A stretch of DNA of 64,000 nt from Squalus acanthias (GCA_030390025.1 CM059443.1:12214001-12278000), one strand, 5' to 3'. Shown: positions 12,863 through 26,715, counted from the first letter of the stretch. Program-made: numbers and translations. The notes: generated by a model from the letters alone, not told the origin.

Positions 12863-13520
12863 ATAGAGTCATAACAGCACAGAAGGAGGCCATTCGGCTC
12901 ATCGAGTCCATGCCGACTCTCTGTAGAGCAATCCAGTCAGTCCCATTCCCCTGCTCTATCCCCGTAGCCCTGCAAGTTTATTTCCCTCAAGTGCCTATCC
13001 AGTCTCCCCTTGAAAACATTGAGTGTGTCCGCTTCCACCACTTCCGTCGGTAGCGAGTTCCAGGTCCTCACCACTTGCTGCGAAAAAAGTTTTTCCTCAC
13101 ATCCCCTCTGTATCTCTTGCCCAAAACCTTAAATCTGTGTCCCCTAGTCCTTGTACCATCAACTAGTGGGAACAGCTTTTCCCCATCTAGCTTATCCAAA
13201 CCCGTCATAATCTTGTACACCTCTATCAAATCACCCCGCAACCTCCTTTGCTCTAATGAAAACAAATCCAACTTCTCCAACCTGTCCTTGTAGCTAAGAT
13301 CCCCCATCCCCGGAACCATTCTGGTAAATCTCCCCTGCACCCTCTCAAGTGCCTTCACATCCTTCCTAAAGTGTGGTGACCAGAACTGGACGCATTACTC
13401 CAGTTGTGGCCTAACCAGTGCTTTATAAAGGTTCAGCATAACTTCTCTACTTTTGTACTCAATACCTCTATTAATGAAACCCAAGATCCCATATGCTTTG
13501 CTCACCACTCTCTCAATATG
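12863..13520 (-). mobile_element. CR1 LINE 3' fragment
   Basis: ORF 13068-13358 KALERVQGRFTRMVPGMGDLSYKDRLEKLDLFSLEQ. Same subfamily as the element at 51872-55885. Confidence 0.92.
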
Positions 13521-13822
13521 TCTCTCAATATTTTATACATTTAGTATAAAATAGCTCATGCAGAGTTTGCTAAAAATGTAACTCTTTCAACATCAGTTCT
13601 ATGGGATTATTGGGGGAGTACATCGCTCTGGGGGTGGGACCGGGGGTATTTTGATTAACCGTTGTTCAACTGAGTTTCTCATAGATGTATTTTGAAGAAC
13701 CTCTGTGATTTGATAGAGGTGTACAAGATTATGACGGGTTTGGATAGGCTAGACGGGGAAAAGCTGTTCCCACTAGTTGATGGTACAAGGACTAGGGGAC
13801 ACAGATTTAAGGTTTTGGGCAA

Positions 13823-16562
13823 ATCAAATTACCACTAATGGTGTGGAGGACTAATTCTTGGAATGCATGCGAGATGGTTTCCTGGATCAGTATGTGGAGG
13901 AACCAACCAGGGAACAGGCTATTCTGGATCTGGTACTGTGTAATGAGAAAGGGCTAATCAATAATCTTGTGGTAAAGGGGCCTTTAGGGACAAGTGACCA
14001 TAATATGATTGAATTTTATATTAAGTTTGAGAGTGATGTAGTCCAATCTGAAACTAAGGTCTTCAATCTAAACAGAGGAAACTACAAGGGTATGAGGGAC
14101 AAGTTGGCCATGGTAGATTGGGAGACTGCACTAAAAGGCAGCACGGTGGCATAGTGGTTAGCACTGTTGCCTCACAGCGCCAGGGACCCGGGTTCGAATC
14201 CGGCCTCGGGTGACTGTCTGTGTGGAGTTTGCACATTCTCCCCGTGTCTGCGTGGGTTTCCTCCGGGTGCTCCGCTTTCCTCCCACAGTCCAAAGATGTG
14301 CGGGTTAGGTTGATTTGGCTATGATAAATTGACCCTTAGTGTTAGGGGGATTAAATACGTGGGGTTACGGGGATAGGGTGGGATATGTGTCGGTGCAGGC
14401 TCGATGGGCCGAAATGGCCTCTATCTGCACTGTGGGGATTCTGTGATTCTGTATGAAGGTGGACATACAATGGATAACATTCAAGGAAATAATGCATAAT
14501 TTGCAACAAACATATATTCCTCCAGGGCATAAAAACCCAAAAGGAAAAGTGATCCAACCATGGCTAACAAAAGAAATTAAAGCTAGTATTAAGTCAAAGG
14601 AGGAAGCTTATCAAGTTGCCAGAAAAAGCAGTCAGCCTGAGGATTGGGATCTTTTTAGAAATCAGCAAAGGGGGACCAAGAAATTGATAAAGAAAGGGAA
14701 AATTGAATATGAGCACAAACTAGCGAAAAATATAAAAACGGATTGTAAAAGCTTCTATAGGTATGTGAAAAGGAAAAGACTAGCGAAGGTAAATGTAGGT
14801 CCTTTACAGTCAGAGACGGGAGTATTTATAATGGGGAATGAGGAAATGGCTGGGAAATTAAATAAATACTTTGTTTCTGTCTTCACGGAGGAAGACCCAA
14901 TAAACCTCTCAGAAATACGAGAAAACCAAGAGTGTGATGAGAATGAGGAACTTAAAGAAATTATTTATAGAAAAAAACAGTACTAGCAAAATTAATGGGA
15001 CTAAAAGTCGACAAATCTCAAGGACCGGATGACCTACATCCTAGGGTTTTGAAAGAGGTGGCCATTGGGATAGTGGATGCATTGGTTGTCATCTTCCAAA
15101 ATTCTATAGATTCTGGAACAGTTCCTGCAGATTGGAGGATAGCAAATGTAACCCCGCTATTTAAGAAAGGAGGAAGAGAGAAAACGGGGAACTGCAGACC
15201 TGTTAGCCTAACATCAGTAGTTGGGAAAATGTTGGAATCTATTATAAAGGATGCAATAACTGGACACTTAGAAACTAATAAGATTGGGCAGAGTCAACAT
15301 GGATTTATGAAAGGGAAGTCCTGTTTGACAAACCGATTGGAGTTCTTTGAGGATGTAACTAGTGGAGCAGACAAAGGGGAGCCGGTAGATGTGGTGTATT
15401 TGGATTTTCAGAAGGCCTTCGATATGGTCCCACACAAGAGGTTGGTGAACAAAATTAGCGCACATGGAATTGGGGGTAATATACTAGCATGGATTGAGAA
15501 TTGGTTAACAGACAGAAAACAAAGAGTAGGGATAAACGGGTCTTTTTCAGGATGGCAGGCTGTGTCTAGTGGAGTTCTGCAAGGATCGGTGCTTGGGCCC
15601 CAGCTATTCACAATCTATATCAATGATTTGGATGAGGGAACTAAATGTAACATTTCCAAATTTGCTGATGACACAAAGCTAGGTGGCAGTGTCAGTTGCG
15701 AAGAGGATGTGAAGAGGCTTCAAGGGGATCTCGACAGGCTCAGTGAGTGGGCGAGAACATGGCAGATGGAATATAATGTGGATAAATGTGAAGTTATCCA
15801 CTTTGGTAGAAAAAACAGAAAGGCAGAGTATTTCCTAAATGGTGAAAGATTGGGGAATGCAGATGCTCAAAGGGACCTGGGTGTCCTTGTACATTAGTCA
15901 CTGAAAGTGAATTTGCAGGTGCAGCAAGCCATTAGCAAGGCAAATGGTATGCTGGCCTTCATAACAAGACGATTTGAGTACAGGAGTAAAGAAGTCTTAC
16001 TCCAATTATATAGGGCCTTGGTGAGACCACACCTGGAGTACTGTGTACAATTTTGGTCTCCTTACCTAAGGAAGGATATACTTGCCATAGAGGGAGTGCA
16101 ACGAAGGTTCACGAGATTGATTCCTGGGATGGCGGGACTGTCGTATGAGAAGAGATTGAGTAAACCAGGCCTGTATTCTCTTGAATTCAGAATGAGAGGG
16201 GATCTCATTGAAGCATACAAAATTATTACAGGGCTTGATAGGGTGGATGCTAGGAGACTGTTTCCCTTGGCTGGGTAGTCTAGAACCAGGGGCCACAGCC
16301 TCAGGATAAAGGGTAGGCCATTCAGGACTGAGATGAGAAGAAATTTCTCATTTCTCTACCCCAGAGGGCTGTGGAGGCTCAGTCATTGGGTATATTCAAT
16401 ACAGAAGTCGATAGATTTCTGACTAGTCAGGGCATCAAGGGATATAGCGATAGGGCCAGTGAATGGAGTTGAGGCATAAGATCAGCCATGATCTCATTGA
16501 ATGGCGGAGCAGGCTCAAAGGGCCGAATGGCCTATTCCTGCTCCTATTTCTTATGTTCTTAT
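13823..16562 (+). mobile_element. 5'-truncated CR1 LINE (ORF2 endonuclease end plus RT), disrupted
   Basis: FLDQYVEEPTR, and an RT ORF at 14995-15897 with YLDFQKAFD, QGSVLGP and KFADD. Stops and frameshifts are present. Tail ctcctatttcttatgttctt. Confidence 0.95.
14137..14452 (+). mobile_element. HE1-type V-SINE inserted in CR1 ORF2
   Basis: A box tggcatagtgg, B box ggttcgaatcc (14191), V-domain gtgtggagtttgcacattctccccgtgtctgcgtgggtttcctccggg, and CR1-like tail. It interrupts ETALKG|MKVDIQW. Confidence 0.9.
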
Positions 16563-17474
16563 GGCTCAGTTGGTAAATACACCACCCAGTGTGGAGCTGA
16601 GGCATACAGACAGGAAGTCCCAGGTTAGATCACTGCTCTGTGTTGAGTTGACTGATCCAAGCCAGGGCAGCGGTGGAGGTACCTGTTGAGCTTGGGAAAG
16701 GGAAAAAACATCCCAATCCTGGTCGCTATTCAGCAACCTCTGCTGGATGTTGTATGTTTGTAGATGTTGGATGAGGACAGGATTGGGCTCGGCTAGGACA
16801 CCATCTCAATGCTGAATACTCCGCTAAAGCTCAGTGTCCAGGGTCACACGTGAAGAACGGACACTTGGTTGAGGTACCAGAGGGCTCCTGCCTGCATGAG
16901 TCCACACCTGAGCAGGGGATCAAAGTGAAACAGTAATAAAGCTGGAAGACCATTCAGCACTTGAAGGTTTTAGTAAATCTTTGAAGAGTGTTCCCTGAAA
17001 AACTGTATGAGGCAAACTTGTAGGTTACCTGGCTCACTGATCTCAAGAAAAATCACGAGTCAGAGTCTGGCTGCGGAGAATGTACTTTTTTTTCTCAGCC
17101 CACAAGAGAAATGGGTTCATGATAAAGCAGACTGTACATGGGGTTGTGGCAGGAGGGACTGAATGGCCTCTCATTCTGTGCTTTGAGTCTGCTGACCTCT
17201 AATTTTTAACACACAAATGAATACTCATCATCTTTTCTTGCTTGCAAGGAGCAAAATAACTGACAATAAATGTCCAGCATACTGGTGCCATTGCTCTACA
17301 TGCCTGTCTTGGTGCTGGTTCCTGAGTATGGTTCCAGGATGCACTGGGTGGTGCTAATCACTGTGACTGCTCATCCACAGGTGATGAATATCTCAACAGA
17401 ATGGCTGGGGTCCCAATAAGTGAAGGACCAAAAGTCTGAATCTGTACTTTTTTGTCCTTTTTTATTTTATTTAG

Positions 17475-17568
17475 CATTATATGAAAGATGCATGTGGACT
17501 CATCACTAGATTAACAAAACCCAAACTTAAGGAGGGCACAAAGTCAGCTGCCGAGGAGTTCTCGAAAG
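17475..17568 (+). CDS. MATK: MATK coding exon (SH2 end and SH2-kinase linker)
   Basis: TTAG acceptor and GTAAAC donor. 94 nt translate HYMKDACGLITRLTKPKLKEGTKSAAEEFSK, cf. MATK GTKSAEEE. Confidence 0.93.
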
Positions 17569-18134
17569 GTAAACAGTTCAAAGTGAGCAAGCTGTTGTAA
17601 ATACCTGTGGGTGAGTCCTTCACATTTACAGAACCTTTTGTTCCATTCTATACTGTTCAAGGCATAGCCAGCCCTTTGGCTCACCATGAAAGCGGGTTTG
17701 TATTAAGCAGGGTACGGGATGTTCATTTGCACTGGAACATTAGAAATCTTAGGAACAGATCCTCCCACAACAGGGTTTTGTTCTTTCTCTCTTCTCCTGC
17801 CTCAATAGGATGTTTCTCCCACCTAGCAGGGTCCCACTGCCCCCTCCTTCAACAGGATATTCCCCCCTCAACAGTCTTTCTGTCTCTTCCCTCTTGGCGG
17901 TTCCCCATCACCATCACCAGATCTTGTCCTTTCACCCCCACAACCGTGTATCTTTCAGTCTCTTCTTGCCCACTGTTAAACAGGATCTTTCTCAATCTCT
18001 TTCCCTTTCTCTTTCTTCTGCTGCTTCTCCTCATCCCTTAGGCAAGAGAGTCCCTCTCCCTCGCCCTCTTTATTATAATGACATTGTTGCAACATTAGTT
18101 TTAAGGAAGAAATTACTTTCTTCCCTTCTCTCCT

Positions 18135-18966
18135 ACAGACACTGACTCTCACTGGGGTACAGTTCCACAGACACTGACTTTCACTGGGGTACAGTTCCAC
18201 AGACACTGACTCGCTGGGGTACAGTTCCACAGACACTGACTCTCACTGGGGTACAGTTCCACAGACACTGACTCTCACTGGGGTACAGTTCCACAGACAC
18301 TGACTCTCACTGGGGTACAGTTCCACAGACACTGACTCGCTGGGGTACAGTTCCACAGACACTGACTCTCACTGGGGTACAGTTCCCCAGACACTGACTC
18401 TCACTGGGGTACAGTTCCACAGACACTGACTCTCACTGGGGTACAGTTCCACAGACACTGACTCTCGCTGGGGTACAGTTCCACAGACTCTGACTCTCAC
18501 TGGGGTACAGTTCTACAGACACTGACTCTCGCTGGGGTACAGTTCTACAGACACTGACTCTCACTGGGGTACAGTTCCACAGACACTGACTCTCACTGGG
18601 GTACAGTTCCACAGACATTGACTCTCACTGGGGTACAGTTCCACAGACACTGACTCTCACTGGGGTACAGTTCCACAGACACTGACTCGCTGGGGTACAG
18701 TTCCACAGACACTGACTCTCACTGGGGTACAGTTCCCCAGACACTGACTCTCACTGGGGTACAGTTCCACAGACACTGACTCTCACTGGGGTACAGTTCC
18801 ACAGACACTGACTCTCGCTGGGGTACAGTTCCACAGACTCTGACTCTCACTGGGGTACAGTTCTACAGACACTGACTCTCGCTGGGGTACAGTTCTACAG
18901 ACACTGACTCTCACTGGGGTACAGTTCCACAGACACTGACTCTCGCTGGGGTACAGTTCCACAGAT
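18135..18966. repeat. 32-bp minisatellite, ~26 copies
   Basis: Unit acagacactgactctcactggggtacagttcc. Confidence 0.97.
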
Positions 18967-19299
18967 ACTAGTTGCCCTCTGATAGCCTGTAATCACACAC
19001 AAGCACTTTTCAGCAGGGGTCACTGGATAGTGAGTGATTAGGAGTTGTTTTAAGAGCCGCTGTGAGGAGTTATTTTTGTTTTGTTTTCATTCTATATCCC
19101 GGGGTCCTGAGGTCAATTGTAGCACCCCTACTGCTGTCCCAGCTGAGATCAGCAAAGATCGGGATCAAACCTGGGACTCACCTGGTCGATATGATTCATC
19201 ATCACAAATCCCTGAGACCTTGTTCCATGTTCTGCTTTATCATCACACTGGGATGGGTAAATATTCTCTGTTTTGACTCTGTCCCTTGCTTTCTTTCAG

Positions 19300-19365
19300 C
19301 TGGCTGGCTACTTAACATGCAGCAACTAACATTAGGAGATCAGATAGGGGAAGGGGAATTTGGAG
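19300..19365 (+). CDS. MATK: MATK coding exon (kinase start, Gly-rich loop)
   Basis: CAG acceptor and GTGAGT donor. 66 nt translate (A)GWLLNMQQLTLGDQIGEGEFG. Confidence 0.95.
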
Positions 19366-19499
19366 GTGAGTGTTCAATGAATTAATTCCTAATCTCTTAA
19401 TTGTTTGTTTGTGAATAGGTTCTGCACTCACCCAGGTGAGGGATGTTAATGCTGGGAAATGGTACATTTCCTCATTTCAGGCAACCAATGTCTGAGCAC

Positions 19500-19877
19500 T
19501 CCTAGCTCAGGTACAGCATGAGGTAGATGCAGAGTAAAGCTTCCTCTACACTGCCCCATCAACCACTCCCAGTCATGAGGTAGATGCAGAGTAAAGCTTC
19601 CTCTGCACTGCCCCATCAACCACTCCCAGTCATGGGGTAGATGCAGAGTAAAGCTCCCTCGACACTGCTCCATCAAACACTCCCAGGGCAGGTACATCAT
19701 TGGTTAGACACAGAGCAAAGCTCCCTCTACACTGTCCCATCAAACACTCCCAGGTCAGGTACGGCATGGGTTAGACACAGAGCAAAGCTCCCTCTATATT
19801 GTCCCATCAAACACTCCCAGGTCAGGCACGGCATGGGTTAGACACAGAGTAAAGCTCCCTCTACACTGCCCCATCAA
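19500..19877. repeat. Degenerate ~57-67-bp tandem repeat, ~6 copies
   Basis: Core cagagtaaagctccctctacactgtcccatcaaacactcccag. Confidence 0.85.
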
Positions 19878-20450
19878 CGTTTTCAGACCCAGCCTCAAGA
19901 AAGCCCCCAGCTGCACCACTTTGACATTTTTTCCACTTCCCACACCAGCTGTCCTTGGACCTCTGAGAGTGAGATTGATATTAAATTGGGAATTAGTGAT
20001 AAACTGAGGGTCGTTTTGTGCTGTGGGCCCAAACTCACTAGAAACCTTCCCACACAGAGGATACTTTCAGTCCAACAGTCCAGGCTGATTCCCAGTCCAG
20101 GTTGCAGAGGTGAGAGTTAGTGTGGAACCACCTAGTTCCACCCCACCCCCAAAATAACAATATCAACCATTTATTCACAATAGAAATCTCTGCCTTTTCT
20201 TATGGAAAATTCTAAACATAAGTTAAGATACTTGCACGAGTTGCCTCATTTTCACATTTGTTCCTGCATAAGCAAAGCTGTTTCAGGGTTTTTTTACATG
20301 CTGTTTCTTTTTAGTTTCCTTGTGAGATGTTAGCTGGTTATTGGAAGTGCGCTTTGGATTTAATGAGTCAAATTTCGGAGGTAACCCCTAAATGTGGCTG
20401 CAAAGCACTTCAGTGGCGCTCAGTCTAACGTGCACTTTGTGTCCTTGTAG

Positions 20451-20550
20451 CTGTGTATCAAGCTGAATACATTGGGCAGAAAGTGGCTGTAAAGAACATC
20501 AAATGTGATGTCATGGCTCAGTCCTTCTTAGAGGAGACCTCCGTCATGAC
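20451..20550 (+). CDS. MATK: MATK coding exon (VAVK lysine, alphaC)
   Basis: TAG acceptor and GTAAGT donor. 100 nt translate (A)[32 protein letters not shown](T), and KNIKCDV is MATK-type. Confidence 0.95.
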
Positions 20551-21290
20551 GTAAGTGTGTCTTTTCGATGCTTTTCATCCTTCCTTTCCTGAAACTGCTG
20601 ACTCTTGCTGTGCTACAGTTCTACAGGTGTCAATAATGTGAGCGCTACGGCTTGTTATTCAACCATCTCCTCATTCAACATCTACATCTATACACTTTCC
20701 AGTGATGGGTCAGTGGATAGTAATCAAGAGTGAAAACCCTGGCTGATAATTCCCACCCATCCCTATCCCAGGGGCCCGAATGCCAATTGTATCGGCCCTG
20801 GCTGAGATCAGGTAACTCAGCACAGACCAGGTATCTTACCTGGGACTTGCCCAGCCTGCATGGCTCAGTACACTGGGTGATGCAACGATCGAGCCACCAT
20901 AGGACCTAGAGTGTATTGTTCCCAATATTTTAACCAATTACATGTTAAAGAGAAAATACGTACAGTGCTGTTTCCTAAAGGTTAATGAAGAAAGACCTTC
21001 CACCATACTCCAGTGAGTCTGTAAAAGGAACTCCTGCAGATGGACACTGTGCTGTGGTCCCTCAGTACCCACACTTTACCAAGAATAACATTCACGCCTT
21101 GCCAGCTGATTCAGATAATAACATGATTTTTTTTCAAATATTGGTGGTGATATTTTTAATATATTGAGTGCTGGTTGAGGGGACGGGTCTGGTTGGATGT
21201 TGAATCTGGTTGCGTGGGCTTGGATTTGGTTCAGTGGACACGGAGGCTGACTGAGTGGGAGTGGGTCTGGTTCAGAGGGCATGGATACGC

Positions 21291-22032
21291 TTCAGTGAGT
21301 GTGGGTCCGGTTCAGTGAGTGTGGGTCCGGTTCAGTGAGTGTGGGTCCGGTTCAGTGAGTGTGGGTCCGGTTCAGTGAGTGTGGGTCCGGTTCAGTGAGT
21401 GTGGGTCCGGTTCAGTGAGTGTGGGTCCGGTTCAGTGAATGTGGGTCCGGTTCAGTGAGTGTGGGTCCGGTTCAGTGAGTGTGGGTCCGGTTCAGTGAGT
21501 GTGGGTCCAGTTCAGTGAGTGTGGGTCCGGTTCAGTGAGTGTGGGTCCGGTTCAGTGAGTGTGGGTCCGGTTCAGTGAGTGTGGGTCCGGTTCAGTGAGT
21601 GTGGGTCCGGTTCAGTGAGTGTGGGTCTGGTTCAGTGAGTGTGGGTCTGGTTCAGTGAGTGTGGATCCGGTTCAGTGAGTGTGGGTCCGGTTCAGTGAGT
21701 GTGGGTCCAGTTCAGTGAGTGTGGGTCCGGTTCAGTGAGTGTGGGTCCGGTTCAGTGAGTGTGGGTCCGGTTCAGTGAGTGTGGGTCCGGTTCAGTGAGT
21801 GTGGGTCTGGTTCAGTGAGTGTGGGTCCAGTTCAGTGAATGTGGGTCCGGTTCAGTGAATGTGGGTCCGGTTCAGTGAATGTGGGTCCGGTTCAGTGAGT
21901 GTGGGTCCGGTTCAGTGAATGTGGGTCCGGTTCAGTGAGTGTGGATCCGGTTCAGTGAGTGTGGGTCTGGTTCAGTGAATGTGGATCCGGTTCAGTGAGT
22001 GTGGGTCTGGTTCAGTGAGTGTGGGTCTGGTT
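21291..22032. repeat. 20-bp minisatellite, ~37 copies, with degenerate flanks
   Basis: Unit ttcagtgagtgtgggtccgg. Confidence 0.97.
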
Positions 22033-24366
22033 GAATATAGGGTACATCCGATTGAATATAGGAGGTTCCAGCTAAGTGCAGGGTGGGTCTGGCTGCATGT
22101 AGAGTGGGTCCAGTTGAGGGGAGAGGTCGATCTAGTTGAGTGGGAGTCTGGTTCAGTGGGTACTGCTCTGTTTTTTTTTAAGGGTAGTTTATTTTCGTAT
22201 TTAAATGTTAATATTCCAGTACGGGAATGGGACTGGTCCTATCCTGTAGTGGTGCAAAGAGGTCAGAGTTGAATAGTGTTGATTAGCTTGGGGATCAGGG
22301 AGATTTGATACAGAACTTTTATGCAAGAGATTAAATGTATGGGGTAGAGTTTGTGATCGGGTAGACTGTATATGGGCTAGGTAATGAGTGAGCTTGATGG
22401 GTCTTTTCTCATTCCATGCTTTCTTTGGTTCTCCTGAACAGGGACTCTGACAGCATTGTACATTTAGCTTGCAAAAGAAAGAGCTGCAGTTCTATAATGC
22501 CTCTCAGAAACATCTCAAAGCTCTTCACATGCAATGACTTGAAAGTACAGTAAATGCTGTGTAAAATAATGCAGGAGCCAGTTTGCACAGAGCAAGATCC
22601 CACAAACTGCAATGAGCTGAATGACCAGCTAAATACGTTTTAGGCGGTAGTGATTGAGGGGGGAATGTTGGCTCGAACACTGGGAGAACTTCCTAGTCTT
22701 CAAATAGTGCGATGGGATCTTTAACATTCAGTTGAACTAGTAGAACAGGCAGACGGGGCCTTAGTTTAACAGCTCACCCAAAAGACGGCACCTCTGACAG
22801 TGCATCACTCCTTCAGTACTCAACTGACGTGTCAGCCTGGATTATGTGTTCAAGTCTACGTGCGGGGCTCGAACCCAAAACCTTCTGACTCAGAGACCAG
22901 AAAGTGCTGACAGAGCCAAACTGACAGTAATTTAATAAAGTGGAAGTGTAGTCAAATTTTAATAATTTAAAAAAAAGATTAACTGAAAAAATGATCAAAT
23001 CTGTGCTGGTTTTGTGTGAAGTTCATTTGTAAAGGACAATCCTTGGGAGGTCACTGTGTGGTTAGCAGTTTTGTAATGTGGCCACTAGGTGGGACAACAG
23101 TCCCTGTATTTATCCAATTTCCCACACTTGTCAGCGCTAATATCCCAGCATTATGTAGTCATTAGACGGAGGTTGCTCTGGGCCTCCCCCCAGTATCTGA
23201 GTGAGTGAACACACTGCCCGGTCTGGGACTGAAGCAGACTGACCAGAATGGTACCTGGTCAAACCTGGCTCTCGCCGGGGCTCTGTTTTCTGGATACTAG
23301 CACCCCTCCTGTACCTTGCTCAAGGGGCCATTCTGCCTGTGTGAGCCTAGACCGTGAATGTTCGCAGGCTATTCTGGGAGTATCGCAGCAAGGTCCGACC
23401 CAGCCCTCCTACAATTATAACAATTCAAGCCCGCTCCCGATGCCTTTGTCTGACGGCCAAAGCGACAGGTCCACCTCCACATGCAAGCTGCTGCTTCCTA
23501 ACCAGCGAAATGTGACCTTGTGCAGGCAGTAATCTGGGATAGTGTGCCCCAGGTCAACAGTGAACCCTTTTATTGCTACTGGATCGCACATAACAGTTCT
23601 ATTAGGTCTCAAAAGCAAAGTAAATGCTGGAATTCTGAAATAAAAACAGAAAAGGCTGGAAATACTCAGCAAGCCAAGCAGCAGCTGTGGAGAGAGAAAC
23701 AAGGAGGGCTAATGCTTCAGGTCGATGACCTTTCATCAGAACTGGTCGCACACCACTTAGATTGGAGGCACACAATGTTGCTAAGGTCATTGGGTGCACC
23801 TTCCTCATTTACATCCCTTTACAGGACACCGTCCACATGTGGCGGGAGTATTGTGCGCTCGGTCCCAAAGCGTCAGGAATTCTGACAGTGCCGGAACCCT
23901 GGTCGGCCCAGGTCTGCCCCAGAATCTGCCCTCTTCCACCCCCTCGCCCACTGCCAGTGCACTGCAAAAACCGCCCTCCCCATCCCCAGGAATGTCGGGG
24001 CTCTGATCTCGGAGCCAAGATGTTGGGTTTCAAATGAATAAGTGGCATTTTAAAAACCTAATTTGAACCAAAGGCTGTAAGGAAACCACAAACGCAACAT
24101 TCCAATGTTTCTGTCACATCACCTGACGCCCACACACGGGTGCACTTTCCAGCAAGAGTCACTGGATAATGACCAGGAGCAGGAACCTTGTCCAATTTTC
24201 TTCCTCCTCCCTGACACAAGGCACTGAGGCCAACTGTAGTGCCACTGACTAGGGATCAAATCCGGAACCTTCCTAATCCTATGGCTGAGTCCCGCACTGG
24301 GTGGGTGTGTATATTCAGCCTTTCTGTGTGTGCGGTACCCTGGCTGTGGGAAAGCTCACACAAGGC

Positions 24367-24613
24367 TAGGGTTGCCAACCCTCCAGGATTGCCCTGGAGT
24401 CTCCAAGAATTAATCTCCTGGACACGGCTGCCAGCAATTCTGGGAGAAAAATCATCGGGACATTAAAAAAAAGTTGTGTTTTTAAAAAATTTTCTTTGAA
24501 CATTTTTGTTTATTATATTGGAGACGGGGAAAAGGCTGATTGACTGGGGGGGGAGGTGAAAGGTCATGTGACGAAACCTCCAGGAATACATCCGAGCAGA
24601 GTTGGCAACCCTG
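24367..24613. mobile_element. hAT-type MITE
   Basis: TIRs TAGGGTTGCCAAC / GTTGGCAACCCTG and an 8-bp TSD cacaaggc / cacaagac. A shorter relative lies at ~39177-39260. Confidence 0.75.
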
Positions 24614-25277
24614 CACAAGACAAAAATGTGTGTGAGGTCCAAATTAAAAAGCACGTGTGTGGGGGAAATACTAGAGCAAAACGTTCCTCATATTTTGAAT
24701 TCTTTACTTTCTCCTTTCAGGTGCTAGGTCCTGTTGTCTTGCCTCTGCACTTCCTGTTTTGGTTAGGAGGGCATATTCGCCATGGTTACCATTAGTGCTT
24801 TTTTATGCCTGGCTGGTTGGAGGTTCTGCTGCTGTGTGGTGCCCTCCTGCTCCCCGCCCCTTCGCCCCTACCACACGGGGGTGGGGGGGTAGTAGCTGAG
24901 AGATCATTTTATTAAATTCCCACGGTCACGGCGATGGAGAGAGGGTTGGAAAAATCAGTCGTGGCCTCCTCTTTCCAATCATTATCCAGTCCAACTGAGA
25001 AAGTGTGGGCGTCAGGTGAGGACAGGATCAGGCCCGGCTACGGTGCCCCAACACAGTCAAATCTCCCGCTGACTCTGTTTCAGCTCAGGCAGGGAGAATG
25101 GGCACATGGGTGAGAGCCTGGTGTCCACGCAGCCAGACCTCAGCAAGAGCTGGCTGGGGGGGTGGGGGAGGAGGAGGAGAGTAAACTGGTTGGTAAAAAA
25201 AAACTGCCAGAAAAGAGACAGACTCCGCGGTGATGGATTTTGTTCTCTCATTTCACTCTTTTTGTAAAAAAAAACAG

Positions 25278-25362
25278 GAAACTGCAGCACGGGAACCTGG
25301 TGAAATTGTTGGGAGTTATAGTACACAATGGACTGTATATCGTGACTGAGTTCATGGGCAAG
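25278..25362 (+). CDS. MATK: MATK coding exon (kinase subdomains IV-V)
   Basis: CAG acceptor and GTATGA donor. 85 nt translate KLQHGNLVKLLGVIVHNGLYIVTEFMGK, with the two-residue-shorter loop of MATK relative to CSK (VEEKGGLYIV). Confidence 0.93.
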
Positions 25363-26715
25363 GTATGACCCTGTTTATTTTAAAACCCTCAGTCTCTCTG
25401 TATTTCTCTTTCCATCTCCCCCGAGGTCCTCCATCAGCCAATAGACTTGTGATGTAGATACTGGGCCATGTGTTCAACTCACTGTAGCAGTGTGGCGATG
25501 TTTACCATGCTATTATCATGCACGGTGACCCGGAAACTATTACAGTAAAATATCCACTGAAACATTAGGAATAGATTTATTATTGGAATGGCAGCCCCGA
25601 ACGATTTAAAAAAAATTAAAGTCTATTCTGTGTAAAAAAAAAAAAAAATTAAAAATACAAAAAGCTTTAATTCTGCTTCTTCTGCTTTCCGTCTTCCTGT
25701 ACCTCTCTCCCCCCCCCTTGTTTAAATTTTACTTGTTTCTATAAAATCGGTTCCTTTTTCTTGTAAGAAAATCCAGCTTTGACACATTGCCATCAGGGGT
25801 GAAGGCGGCCATGTTTTCTGACAGACCACTTAGCAGTAAAGTGGCTTTCAATTCGCTGTTTCTTATGTGGACCACTGAGAAAATTACAAGGCCCGAAATA
25901 AAGTCACGAATCAGGCCTTAAATCCACATGTGTGTGAAGGTGTATACATGGCGGGTAGTTTTTTCCTCGCTGTTCTGGCTGCTGTGTATCTGTCATGTTA
26001 TGCAAACATGCATTGTTGAGTCATTCCTTGCAGTATGAGCCTTTGGCTGGAAAGTGAGGATCTTTATCTGCCTGGAGGTTTTAACTGGTGTTACAGTTGG
26101 AGGAGAATTTTGTCCATTCTTGTGTGAAAATCATAAATCATATGGCCTCGCTAATGACCCTTCGTGTGAAAAAATTCTCCTAACCCCTTTTTTTTTTGTG
26201 CTTTTAACACTAGGCCCCAAGTCGAAGTCTAAGCCCCCTTGTTAGCATTTCACCAACCAGCGAAAATAATCTTTCACTATTGACCCTCCCAGCTGCAGTT
26301 GCAAATAGAAAGGAGCTGATTTGTTCCATTGGCTTCACTTTTACACACTTGTTGGGAGCGGCGACCAGATTCATGGGCTTTGCTTCTGGCCTGTTGAATG
26401 GGCAGAGTCTGTTTAGTACATCAGATGTCATTAAAATCAAGAACTGGTCAATTAAAACCCTCGTATTGAAACGGAGCCCTCACACACACACACACACACA
26501 CACAGAAAGGCGGCCCTGTATTCCCAATCAGCATCCTACGGCCTAACGGAGCGTTGCCAAGGGCTCCTTATAGGCCTCTCCCCAAACTGCAGTGTTGTTA
26601 GCAAGCACAAGTTAAAAGGCCCTTAGATTTTCCAGTAAAGAAAGATTACAGCATTTTTATAGCACTTTTCATGTCCAAAAACATCTCACAGCCAATGAAG
26701 TACTTCTGAAGTGTA

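Noticed and set aside
14137-14210. tRNA gene
   Set aside because: The A and B boxes belong to the head of an HE1 V-SINE. There is no full cloverleaf.
14995-15897. Active reverse transcriptase gene
   Set aside because: It is part of a 5'-truncated CR1 with stops, frameshifts and a SINE insertion. The 51.9-55.9-kb CR1 is likewise disrupted.
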